Positions 16,565 through 24,772 of a stretch of 64,000 bases of DNA are shown here, piece after piece (positions within the stretch are counted from its first letter, which is position 1; every line of letters begins with the position of its first letter). The notes under the pieces are model-generated. The model saw only the letters and a program-made list of their open reading frames with translations, was not told the DNA's origin and searched no databases. Made by a program: the position numbers and the translations under genes. This DNA is from Patescibacteria group bacterium (lineage in GTDB: Bacteria; Patescibacteriota; Patescibacteriia; Patescibacteriales; JAQTRU01): contig JAQUPG010000007.1 in the NCBI GenBank assembly GCA_028716725.1, positions 10,205 through 74,204 of the forward strand, read 5' to 3'.

Positions 16565-17578
16565 TTATAATTTTATCACCTTACCTTTACCTGCGTCTAG
16601 CTTTATTTTATCCCCGGTTTTAAGGGAGTCCGTGCCGTTTTTGGTGCCGACAATGGTGGGAATTTTTAATTCGCGGGAAACAATCGAGGCGTGGGAAGTA
16701 ATCCCGCCCTGGTCAGCGACAATCCCCTTGACTCTTTTTAAATATGGTACAACGTCATACCTGGTGGTTGAGCAAACTAAAATTGCGCCTTGCGGAATAT
16801 TTTTAAAATCACTGGGCCGCAGAGCGACAAAAGCCGGCCCGGTTACTATTCCCGGATAAGCCGGATTACCGGTTAACTCAGAATTTTTTTCTTTCCTGAT
16901 ATTGCCGGCTTCTCTTTTAAAAAAATTATCAGCTTCTTTATTCCAGAAAACTTTTTCCTTCCCGTTAAAAAATAAGATAACCGCTCTTTTTCTTTTATAA
17001 AAATTCTTGGGCAATTTTCCTCCCCGGGCATAATTTAAAACCTCTTCAGGCAGAAGCATTAAAGCCTGCTTCTGCGACAAACCAAGTTTTTCACCCAGTC
17101 TTCCTCGCCAAATTTTTTCCGCGGCCAAAAGTTTTTTCACGGCCGCCTCTCTTGATAAGCCAAATCGCCTAAGTAATTTTTTATCCGCTTCCGGTATTAA
17201 ATTTTGGGCTAATTCAGGCAATTGAAAAACTGCCAACAAATCGCAAACACCTTTGAATAACTTGGGTAAATAGGGAATGAAATCGGCCTCTTTGCCAAAA
17301 CATTTTTTAGTCAGAGAAAGCATCTTTTCTGATCTCTGTTTAATTACTAAACTAAATTTTTGTACAAATCGGGTATTAAATCTTTTCTTATAATATTTTT
17401 TCAACAATTCCATATCCCGGGCCGACCGATAAGAATATTCAAGGCTATCAATATAATAAAAAAATACATTTTTAAAAGCCCAGCCAAAATCCCGTTTCAT
17501 TTCGTTCGTATAACCATGCCCCACCAGATAAACATCAAAAGGATAATATTCAACTTTGCGATTTAAAAACCAGCGCAT
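16565..17578 (-). CDS. PEP-utilising-enzyme mobile domain protein, paralog 3 (337 aa)
   Basis: C-terminal ...GIVADQGGITSHASIVSRELKIPTIVGTKNGTDSLKTGDKIKLDAGKGKV. Starts 12 nt after mreD. Confidence 0.8.
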   Translation of the reverse strand: MRWFLNRKVEYYPFDVYLVGHGYTNEMKRDFGWAFKNVFFYYIDSLEYSYRSARDMELLKKYYKKRFNTRFVQKFSLVIKQRSEKMLSLTKKCFGKEADFIPYLPKLFKGVCDLLAVFQLPELAQNLIPEADKKLLRRFGLSREAAVKKLLAAEKIWRGRLGEKLGLSQKQALMLLPEEVLNYARGGKLPKNFYKRKRAVILFFNGKEKVFWNKEADNFFKREAGNIRKEKNSELTGNPAYPGIVTGPAFVALRPSDFKNIPQGAILVCSTTRYDVVPYLKRVKGIVADQGGITSHASIVSRELKIPTIVGTKNGTDSLKTGDKIKLDAGKGKVIKL

Positions 17579-17590
17579 ATTTTTATTATT

Positions 17591-18130
17591 CTAAAATTTA
17601 TTGGAAGGCCGGTCTAAAAACACCGGCTTCAGCCTTTTGCTCGCGAAATTCACAATATAAAAAAGCAAAAATACAAATAATAAATTAAAAAATGATTGGT
17701 AGCCCAGAGCAAGCCAGAATTCCTTGCCGGCCAGGGTACTTATCTTTATCTCCGGAAAACTAAATAAAAAGGCAAGCAGAAAAAAAAGAAGGCTATAAAA
17801 AAGGGTAGAAAAAAAAGTTAAAGCTATGGAGGAATAAAGAGAGCGGTCGGTAAAAAAATTAGCGAGCAAAAAATTAGCGAGCAAAACCGTAAAAAATAGG
17901 GAAATTAAATAAACGCCAAAAGGGAAAAAGGAATATATGTCCAGTAAAAATCCGGCGCCCAGGGCCCACCATAAAGACAGCCTGAAACCGCTAAGCGTAA
18001 GAATAAAAATTATGGCCACCAATATCAGGTTAAAATAGCTCATCCCGAGAGGCAGAGCGGCGATAAAAGACACCTGGCAGACAGACAAAATATATATTAA
18101 GATTAAATTTAAAAAAATTCTTAGATACAT
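17591..18130 (-). CDS. mreD: Rod shape-determining protein MreD (polytopic membrane protein)
   Basis: A 179-aa, highly hydrophobic multi-TM protein immediately after mreC. The call is mostly positional. It contains a 15-nt direct duplication (LLANFLLANF). Confidence 0.6.
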   Translation of the reverse strand: MYLRIFLNLILIYILSVCQVSFIAALPLGMSYFNLILVAIIFILTLSGFRLSLWWALGAGFLLDIYSFFPFGVYLISLFFTVLLANFLLANFFTDRSLYSSIALTFFSTLFYSLLFFLLAFLFSFPEIKISTLAGKEFWLALGYQSFFNLLFVFLLFYIVNFASKRLKPVFLDRPSNKF

Positions 18131-18133
18131 AAT

Positions 18134-18976
18134 TTAATTTTTCGGCGGCCGCAAAACCGACACTATTGTCAACTCATCTAAATTAATTAAGGGTTCAATC
18201 GTCGCCCTTTGCCAGACTTCATTGCTGGTTTTGTCTACCTCGACTATCCGGCCTATAACTAAACCAGCCGGGATATCCTTTTCCAGGCCGGAGGTAACCG
18301 CCGTATCGCCGACTTTTATTTCTTCCGCCTGGGGGATAAAATTCATCCTTATGGTCAGACCCAGCTCACCCTCCGTAATGCCGGCGGTTTTATTCGGGCC
18401 GCCCGGCTGATCCTCTTCCTCCTGGATTGACGCGGCCAGTTTGCAATTGCTGTCGGTAGCAAGATAAATCTTGGCCGTGTTTTCCTTTGCTTCCGCTATC
18501 TTACCGACAATAATCCCTTCGCTATTTACCGCGACCAAACCGGAGGCCAAACCTTCTGCCAATCCCTTATCAACAATCAGGCTTTGCCGGCCACTGACCG
18601 GATCGGCGAATATCCCCCGGGAAACAACATTAGCCAAAATGTAATTATATTCATTTTTTGTGGAAAATTTTAGATATTGGCGCAATTTTTTATTTTCTTC
18701 TTCAATTGATTTAAGCCTGGCGTTTTCCGCCTTTATCTGGTTTACTTCCGCCTGCAGATCCTTTAGGGAGGCCAATAATTCTTCTTTGTCTGTCCGTTCG
18801 CTTAACGCCAGCCGCAGGGAAGAACTTACTGAATAAAGACGGCCGGCAACGGGGCTTATCGCCCGCCCCATAATATTTTCAAGAGGAGACAAAACCTTAA
18901 TAAAATGCAAAAAAATAAGCAGCCCAATAACTGCCATAAATACAAAAATATTATTTTTTGTTTTTATCTTCAACAT
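18134..18976 (-). CDS. mreC: Rod shape-determining protein MreC
   Basis: N-terminal TM, coiled coil (LQAEVNQIKAENARLKSIEEENKKLRQ), and a C-terminal beta-rich domain with ...PAGLVIGRIVEV... Confidence 0.85.
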   Translation of the reverse strand: MLKIKTKNNIFVFMAVIGLLIFLHFIKVLSPLENIMGRAISPVAGRLYSVSSSLRLALSERTDKEELLASLKDLQAEVNQIKAENARLKSIEEENKKLRQYLKFSTKNEYNYILANVVSRGIFADPVSGRQSLIVDKGLAEGLASGLVAVNSEGIIVGKIAEAKENTAKIYLATDSNCKLAASIQEEEDQPGGPNKTAGITEGELGLTIRMNFIPQAEEIKVGDTAVTSGLEKDIPAGLVIGRIVEVDKTSNEVWQRATIEPLINLDELTIVSVLRPPKN

Positions 18977-18990
18977 ACACTAAATAATAA

Positions 18991-19010
18991 CTTGCCTACC
19001 GGCAGGCAGG
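18991..19010. repeat. 20-bp near-palindrome cttgcctaccggcaggcagg (family copy 1)
   Basis: Read directly, 15 nt upstream of the mreC start. Relatives at 25912-25931 (perfect) and 45691-45710. Confidence 0.85.
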
Positions 19011-19037
19011 AATAACAAAATAATATAAAAAATAAAT

Positions 19038-19433
19038 TTAATTTCTGTATTTTAATTGCTGCTCTTTTAAAAACCCTATATAACCGTTAATGGCCCCTTC
19101 CACATCCCTGCCCTCGTTGTATAAATTATAAAATTTCTCTTGGTTTATATAATTTTCATCTAAAGCAACATGGAGCTGGTCTAAAATTTCCACAAGAGAG
19201 CCTCTGGCCATCCGGCAAAATTGTATATTTTCTTGGAAATTGTATCGGCCATAACCTTCGGCAATATTGGAAGGTATCGAGATGGCCGCTCTTCTCATCT
19301 GTGACGTCAGGCAATATAATTCTTCTCTGGGAAAAATTTTTGTAATTTTGTAAATATTCCTCCTGAAGTCCCTGGCTAATTGCCAGGCCTTTATATCCTC
19401 AAAACTATGCTGTTTTTGATTTGCCCCCTCCAT
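19038..19433 (-). CDS. Four-helix-bundle protein (23S rRNA intervening-sequence protein / Avd-like family)
   Basis: 131 aa. FEDIKAWQLARDFRRNIYKIT...LTSQMRRAAISIPSNIAEGYGR is the hallmark of this family. Confidence 0.85.
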   Translation of the reverse strand: MEGANQKQHSFEDIKAWQLARDFRRNIYKITKIFPREELYCLTSQMRRAAISIPSNIAEGYGRYNFQENIQFCRMARGSLVEILDQLHVALDENYINQEKFYNLYNEGRDVEGAINGYIGFLKEQQLKYRN

Positions 19434-19469
19434 TTTTTATGTTATTTTATTATTTTATTTTTATATTAT

Positions 19470-20513
19470 TTAAAGTTCCTCGCTCGAAGGCAGAACTACT
19501 TTGCTTAATAATTCCAGATCAGCCAGAAGTATCCCGGTTCCCCTGACCACGCAGGTTAAGGGATCGTCCGCCACGCGTACCGGGATTTTTGTGTTCTGGG
19601 CGATTTCTTTATCAAGCCCCCGCAGCAAGGCCCCGCCGCCGGTTAAAAATATTCCGTGCTCATAAATATCGGAAACCAATTCCGGCGGAGTTGTTTCTAG
19701 GGTTATTTTTATATTATCAATAATCTGCTTTATGGTCCGGCTCATCGCTTCCCTAGCCTGGGTGTCGCTTATGATCACCGCTTTCGGCAGGCCGTTTATT
19801 AGGTCCCGACCCCTTATTTCCATTTCCAAAGAACTTTTTAAGGGGACGGCCGAGCCGATTCTTATTTTTACCTCTTCGGCCAATTGCTCTCCGACTAAAA
19901 TACTAAATTCCTCCCTAATATATTCAATAATATTGTTATCTAGCTCGTTGCCGGCCAAGCGCAAGGATTTCCAGGTCACTACTCCGCCCAAAGAAATAAC
20001 GGCGATTTCCGTTGTGCCGCCGCCGATATCAACAACCATCGTCGCCGTCGGTTCAATCACCGGCAGCCGGGCGCCGATGGCCGCGGCCATGGATTCTTCT
20101 ATTAAAAAAACCTGGCGGGCGCCGGCGGATTTAGCCGCATCCTCCACGGCCTTCCTCTCCACTTCCGTAATATCCAAAGGAATCCCAATTACCACCCGGG
20201 GACGGGGGACCAAAGTGAAACTCTCGCCATGGGCTTTATCAATAAAATATTTAAGCATTTTCTCCGTCACTTCAAAATCGGAAATTACTCCGTCAATCAA
20301 AGGTTTTATAGTCTGGATATGAGCCGGAGTTTTTCCAACCATTTTTTTCGCTTCTTCGCCCACAGCTAAAACTTCGTCCGTGCGCATATTAACTGCTACC
20401 ACCGACGGCTCATTTATGACTATGCCTTTATCGCTAGAATAAACCAGGGTATTTTTTGTGCCCAGATCTATGCCCAAGTCCTTGCTAAATTTTCCTAAAA
20501 TTTTATTAAACAT
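19470..20513 (-). CDS. mreB: Rod shape-determining protein MreB
   Basis: Actin-fold motifs DLGIDLGTKNT and VVDIGGGTTEIAV. I prefer the ATG at 20513 (MFNKILGKFSKDLG) over the TTG at 20525 used by the ORF track. Confidence 0.95.
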   Translation of the reverse strand: MFNKILGKFSKDLGIDLGTKNTLVYSSDKGIVINEPSVVAVNMRTDEVLAVGEEAKKMVGKTPAHIQTIKPLIDGVISDFEVTEKMLKYFIDKAHGESFTLVPRPRVVIGIPLDITEVERKAVEDAAKSAGARQVFLIEESMAAAIGARLPVIEPTATMVVDIGGGTTEIAVISLGGVVTWKSLRLAGNELDNNIIEYIREEFSILVGEQLAEEVKIRIGSAVPLKSSLEMEIRGRDLINGLPKAVIISDTQAREAMSRTIKQIIDNIKITLETTPPELVSDIYEHGIFLTGGGALLRGLDKEIAQNTKIPVRVADDPLTCVVRGTGILLADLELLSKVVLPSSEEL

Positions 20514-20612
20514 ATTTTCGCGCAACGCATAACGCCCGGAAATTACAGCAATTTAGCAATAAAATAATTTAACAATTTCCAAAAGTTCTAAAAATATTAA
20601 GAATTTCGTGAT

Positions 20613-20640
20613 ACGTTATGCGTTATTCGTTATGCGTTTT
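20613..20640. repeat. Heptamer array of the CGTTATG family overlapping the proS stop codon
   Basis: cgttatg cgttatt cgttatg cgttttg. It encodes the last residues ...KRITNNA and the TAA stop of proS. Confidence 0.75.
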
Positions 20641-21869
20641 GCAACTTCACTAATTTTTACCATCTCCACTTCTTTTTTATCTCTCTTCTTCACTTCCACG
20701 CTGTCCTTAGCCAGAGTTTTCTCGCTCACTACCAGCCGATACGGGCAGCCGATTAAATCCGCTTCGGCAAATTTTTCTCCCGCGCTAATCTCATCCCGGT
20801 CGTCATATAAAACTTCAACCCCATTTTTTCTCAAATCATTATAAAGTTTTTCCGTTTCTTTTTTAACTTTTGCTTCTTTGCTTCTCACTTCAATCAGATG
20901 GACCCGGAACGGGGCGATTTCTTCCGGCCAAATCATGCCTTGCTCGTCATGGCAGACCTCTACAACCGTTCCCATCAGCCGGCTCGGTCCAAGGCCGTAG
21001 CAGCCCATAATTACGTCCTGCTTTCCTCCTTTTTCATCCATATAAGAAAAACCAAAAGGTTTGGAAAAACGGGTGCCTAGTTTAAAAATATTTCCCACTT
21101 CAACCGCCTTTTCCTCGACAAAATCTTTTTTCTTACACTGCGGGCAGACTTTTTGCTCTTCTATAATCTCTTTATTGACGGCTATTTTACACTTCTTGCA
21201 AAGATAAATGGTATCTTCCCCGGTTTTGGCTAAAGTCTGGAATTCGTGGGAATATTTGGAAAAAGTACCGCCCAAAGCATAAGTTAAATAAGTAAGGTCG
21301 CCCAGGCCGCAGCGGGAAAATATCTTAAAATAACTCTTGATTACTATTTCATAAAATTTATTAAGATCTTTCTCGTCCGCATGAAAAGAATACAAATCTT
21401 TCATGGAAAACTCCCGGCCCCTGATCAGGCCGGCTTTGGCCCGAAGTTCATTCCTGAACTTAGTCTGAATCTGGTAAACGGCGGCGGGCAGGTCTTTGTA
21501 GGAAAAAATAAATTTTTTTACCAAAGGCGTTACGACTTCCTCATGCGTCGCTCCTAATCCATACTCTTTTTTATCGCCTCCGATTAATCTGAACAAAGCG
21601 TCAAAATTTTCCCAGCGGTTGGTTGCCGCCCAGCTTTCTTTCGGGATTAAAGCCGGCATTAAAATTTCCTGCCCGCCGATGGCGTCCATCTCTTCCCTGA
21701 TGATCCGGCAGATTTTATCATGGACGAGAAGGCCTAGGGGCAAAAACGAATAAACGCCGGCCGCCAGCTTATCAATAAAGCCGGCCCGAATTAACTGCCT
21801 GGCGTTAAAACTAGTTTCGTCTTTCGGCAGCTCTTTTATGGTTTTAGTAAAAAGTTTTGATTGAAGCAT
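20616..21869 (-). CDS. proS: Prolyl-tRNA synthetase, short form lacking the INS editing domain
   Basis: The N-terminus LFTKTIKELPKDETSFNARQLIRAGFIDKLAAGVYSFLPLGL matches bacterial ProRS, with class II motifs and an anticodon-binding C-terminus. A C4 cluster (CKKC...CPQC) sits where INS would be. Confidence 0.85.
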   Translation of the reverse strand: MLQSKLFTKTIKELPKDETSFNARQLIRAGFIDKLAAGVYSFLPLGLLVHDKICRIIREEMDAIGGQEILMPALIPKESWAATNRWENFDALFRLIGGDKKEYGLGATHEEVVTPLVKKFIFSYKDLPAAVYQIQTKFRNELRAKAGLIRGREFSMKDLYSFHADEKDLNKFYEIVIKSYFKIFSRCGLGDLTYLTYALGGTFSKYSHEFQTLAKTGEDTIYLCKKCKIAVNKEIIEEQKVCPQCKKKDFVEEKAVEVGNIFKLGTRFSKPFGFSYMDEKGGKQDVIMGCYGLGPSRLMGTVVEVCHDEQGMIWPEEIAPFRVHLIEVRSKEAKVKKETEKLYNDLRKNGVEVLYDDRDEISAGEKFAEADLIGCPYRLVVSEKTLAKDSVEVKKRDKKEVEMVKISEVAKRITNNA

Positions 21870-21932
21870 ATGATTGATGTGTGTATAAAATTTTTATACA
21901 GCCTTATTTTTAAAGTCTGTTTATATATGATT

Positions 21933-21961
21933 ATTTTATCTTAAAATCGCCTTCTTGTCAA
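21933..21961 (-). promoter_or_regulatory. Sigma70-like promoter of proS
   Basis: On the minus strand: TTGACA (21961-21956), 17-nt spacer, TAAAAT (21938-21933). It is directly preceded by the hairpin atcggat-gt-atccgat. Confidence 0.55.
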
Positions 21962-22008
21962 AAATCGGATACATCCGATACAGCAAGCGTATGGCTTGTT
22001 TTAAAACT

Positions 22009-22620
22009 TTAAATTCCGTATCCCTTCATCTCGCCCCGCACCATTTCGCGGTGTGGGGGCAAAAAGAAAAACCATCGGATGAACCGATGGTTTTCAGAAG
22101 CTGAAGTCCCTGAGTTGATAAAATCGTTTTTCTTTAAAATAATAAAGTAACCACGCTTTTCTGTCACCGGCGGTAACTCTTCATAAGGGAACGTCCCCAT
22201 GATTGTTATGATCACATCGCCGAGCATATTTGTTTCCATTTCCACTTCTATTTCATTACCCCGAATAAAACAAGTGGCAACAAAATAACCGCTGCCCAAA
22301 AATTTACCGCTCTTCCTATTGAGGTAGCCGGTAGAATCTATCACGGCGTAAGGGCAGCTGGACGAAATTTCTTTGGCTAAACTGAAAAGGTACTGATTGC
22401 TTAAAAAATTTGACTCTACCCGGATTTCTCCGCCGCCGTCAACAATAAAATATTTGACGGCAAGGTAATAAGTAACAACCGCGCTGTTATAGCTATAATC
22501 CTCCCCGCCGATAATCGGGCCAAGGCCCGGCCTCATTGATTTCCCGAGATGGCCACAACCAGCCAGAACCATAACTGCCAAAAAGATAATGGCAACCGAA
22601 ACTACAAAATGCTTTTTCAT
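22009..22620 (-). CDS. Hypothetical lipoprotein
   Basis: The start at MKKHFVVSVAIIFLAVMVLAGCGH has a lipobox (LAGC) and the SD gggggaggaagcc. The C-terminal tail is encoded by a hairpin element. Confidence 0.65.
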   Translation of the reverse strand: MKKHFVVSVAIIFLAVMVLAGCGHLGKSMRPGLGPIIGGEDYSYNSAVVTYYLAVKYFIVDGGGEIRVESNFLSNQYLFSLAKEISSSCPYAVIDSTGYLNRKSGKFLGSGYFVATCFIRGNEIEVEMETNMLGDVIITIMGTFPYEELPPVTEKRGYFIILKKNDFINSGTSASENHRFIRWFFFLPPHREMVRGEMKGYGI

Positions 22621-22721
22621 GGCTTCCTCCCCCTTGAATGAAAAAATGAACAATCCGTTTATATTAAAATCCAATATCTATTTACTTATTCTAAAATCTT
22701 AAATCTTAAATCTAAAATTAT

Positions 22722-23303
22722 CTATCTTCCCATCTTTTTTAAGGCCTGCCTAATTCTTTCTCCGCTGTCTTTAATTTTTCCGTCCACCTGCCTTAAAGCT
22801 TCCCGCGCCTGAGGCATAGAGTAGCCCAAAGCCATCAAAGCGTCTATCTCTTCTCCGCTTATGGCGGCTCCATCGCCCCCTTTGGCCTTGCCGGCATAAG
22901 ATAGATGGTCAATTTTTTCCCTTAACTCAAGCACAACCCTTTCCGCGGTCTTCCGGCCAATGCCCGAAACTTTTGTTAAAAGAGAGGGGTCGCCGCGGGA
23001 AATCGATTCCTTAATATTGGCAACGCTGGCCGTGGCTAAAACCCCGGAAGCTGATTTCGGCCCGATTCCGGAAATGGAAAGCAATAACTCAAAAAATTCT
23101 AATTCCTCCGGCGATTTAAACCCGTATAAATCCAAGGCGTCTTCCCTGACGTATTGGTGCGTGTATAACTCCGCTTCTTTCCCGGTTTCCAGCTTAATCA
23201 AGGCGGTCGGATTAAGAAAAACTTTATAGCCGACATTGCCAACCTCCACGATGGCGAAGTTCTGCCCCTTATTTAAAATTTTTCCTTTTAAATATGAAAT
23301 CAT
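22722..23303 (-). CDS. ruvA: Holliday junction DNA helicase subunit RuvA
   Basis: MISYLKGKILNKGQNFAIVEVGNVGYKV, HhH motifs GIGPKSA and GIGRKTAERV. The ORF-track N-terminal extension is rejected. Confidence 0.9.
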   Translation of the reverse strand: MISYLKGKILNKGQNFAIVEVGNVGYKVFLNPTALIKLETGKEAELYTHQYVREDALDLYGFKSPEELEFFELLLSISGIGPKSASGVLATASVANIKESISRGDPSLLTKVSGIGRKTAERVVLELREKIDHLSYAGKAKGGDGAAISGEEIDALMALGYSMPQAREALRQVDGKIKDSGERIRQALKKMGR

Positions 23304-23307
23304 AAAT

Positions 23308-24606
23308 TTATAACTCTCTAATTTTAACCCGGCGGCGCAAAACGCTATACTCCGGCACATTTCCGCTAACTTCCAAAATAACCACGTCTTCACTGCCTCC
23401 GCCATGCGCTTCTTTTATTTTTTCCCCGGTTTTAGCGTCTGCCATTCTTTTCAGCCTCATCTTTATTATATCATAACTTGGCCTTAAAATCTCAAGTTCG
23501 TCTCCGACTTTCATTGTGTTATGCGCTTTTACAAAAATCTTGCCCTTGCCATATTTCCTGTTTTTTATCACCTGCCCGCAGAATTCCCACTCCGGAATTT
23601 TGTGCGAATTATCAAGATTTTGGGCGGCTTTTCCTTCCCTAAACATAAAACCTTCGGTATAGCCCCGGTGATATAATTTTTCTTCCAGCTCTTCATATAA
23701 AAACTTCAGCTCATTGTTTTTTTGTTTTTTTGCTTGCCCCGCAAAGCCTTGGCGTAGTGGGGTTTTTTTGCTTTCTTGAATAACATCTATCGCCTTTCTG
23801 TAGGCCCCGACGACATTGGCCAAATAATAAACGCTCTTGGCCCGGCCTTCAATTTTAAAAGCGCTTATGCCCGCCTCAATCATCTCGGGCACTCTCTTTA
23901 TCAGGCACAAATCTTTAGAGTTTAAAATATAACTGCCGTTTTTTTCCTCGACCAACTCCAAAGTTTCGTGATTTTCCGCGGATATAAAATAATCCCAGCG
24001 GCAGGGCTGCGAGCAGTCGCCCAAATTAGCGTTCCGGTCATTAAAATACTTGGAAAGAAAGCACCGCCCGGAATAAGCCATGCATAAAGCCCCATGGATA
24101 AAACATTCCAGTTCCAGTTTTGGCACTCTTTTTTTTATTTCTTTTATTTCGGAAAGTTCTAATTCCCGGCTTAAGATTATTCTTTTTGCTCCCTGCTTAA
24201 GCCAAAAAATAGCAGCCTGCCAATTAGTGCAGTTGGCTTGCGTGCTTAAAATTATTTTTGCTTTAGGCCAGATTCTTTTTACCTCTCCTAAAACTGCCGG
24301 GTCGGAAATAAACAAACCGTCAACTCCGATTTTCTTTAATTTTTCTATGTGCCCTGGCAGTTTCTTTAAATGCTTATTGTGGGCAAAAATATTCACGGTC
24401 GCGTAAACTTTTTTCCCGATCTTGTGGGCGTATTTAGTCGCTTCATCAATTCCGGCTAAGGTAAAATCATTAACCCGGACGCGCAAAGAAAAATCCGGTA
24501 TGCCTAAATAAACCGCGTCTGCTCCAAAAGCAAAAGCGGTTTTCATTTTTTCTAGATTGCCAGCGGGCGCAATTAGTTCAGGTTTTATTTTAGTATTATT
24601 TTTCAT
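23308..24606 (-). CDS. Peptidase U32 family protein
   Basis: ELIAPAGNLEKMKTAFAFGADAVYLG and the ...E.F.HGALC... pattern of U32. Start taken at MKNNTKIKPE. Confidence 0.85.
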   Translation of the reverse strand: MKNNTKIKPELIAPAGNLEKMKTAFAFGADAVYLGIPDFSLRVRVNDFTLAGIDEATKYAHKIGKKVYATVNIFAHNKHLKKLPGHIEKLKKIGVDGLFISDPAVLGEVKRIWPKAKIILSTQANCTNWQAAIFWLKQGAKRIILSRELELSEIKEIKKRVPKLELECFIHGALCMAYSGRCFLSKYFNDRNANLGDCSQPCRWDYFISAENHETLELVEEKNGSYILNSKDLCLIKRVPEMIEAGISAFKIEGRAKSVYYLANVVGAYRKAIDVIQESKKTPLRQGFAGQAKKQKNNELKFLYEELEEKLYHRGYTEGFMFREGKAAQNLDNSHKIPEWEFCGQVIKNRKYGKGKIFVKAHNTMKVGDELEILRPSYDIIKMRLKRMADAKTGEKIKEAHGGGSEDVVILEVSGNVPEYSVLRRRVKIREL

Positions 24607-24772
24607 TTTGTACTTAATATTAATTTGCACAGCAGGTGTCTCGCCGAAGTTTTAACGAAGGCGGATCGGAGCAATCAGTTCCGGCTTTTTTATTTTCAAA
24701 CTTTTCATTATATTTTTCAACTAAAACAGCCCGTTGTCCGAGCTGTTTTATTTTAAATACTAACGTCTAATA

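Noticed and set aside
19038-19433. A diversity-generating retroelement, suspected because of the Avd-like four-helix-bundle gene.
   Set aside because: There is no reverse transcriptase and no template/variable repeat pair anywhere in the window.
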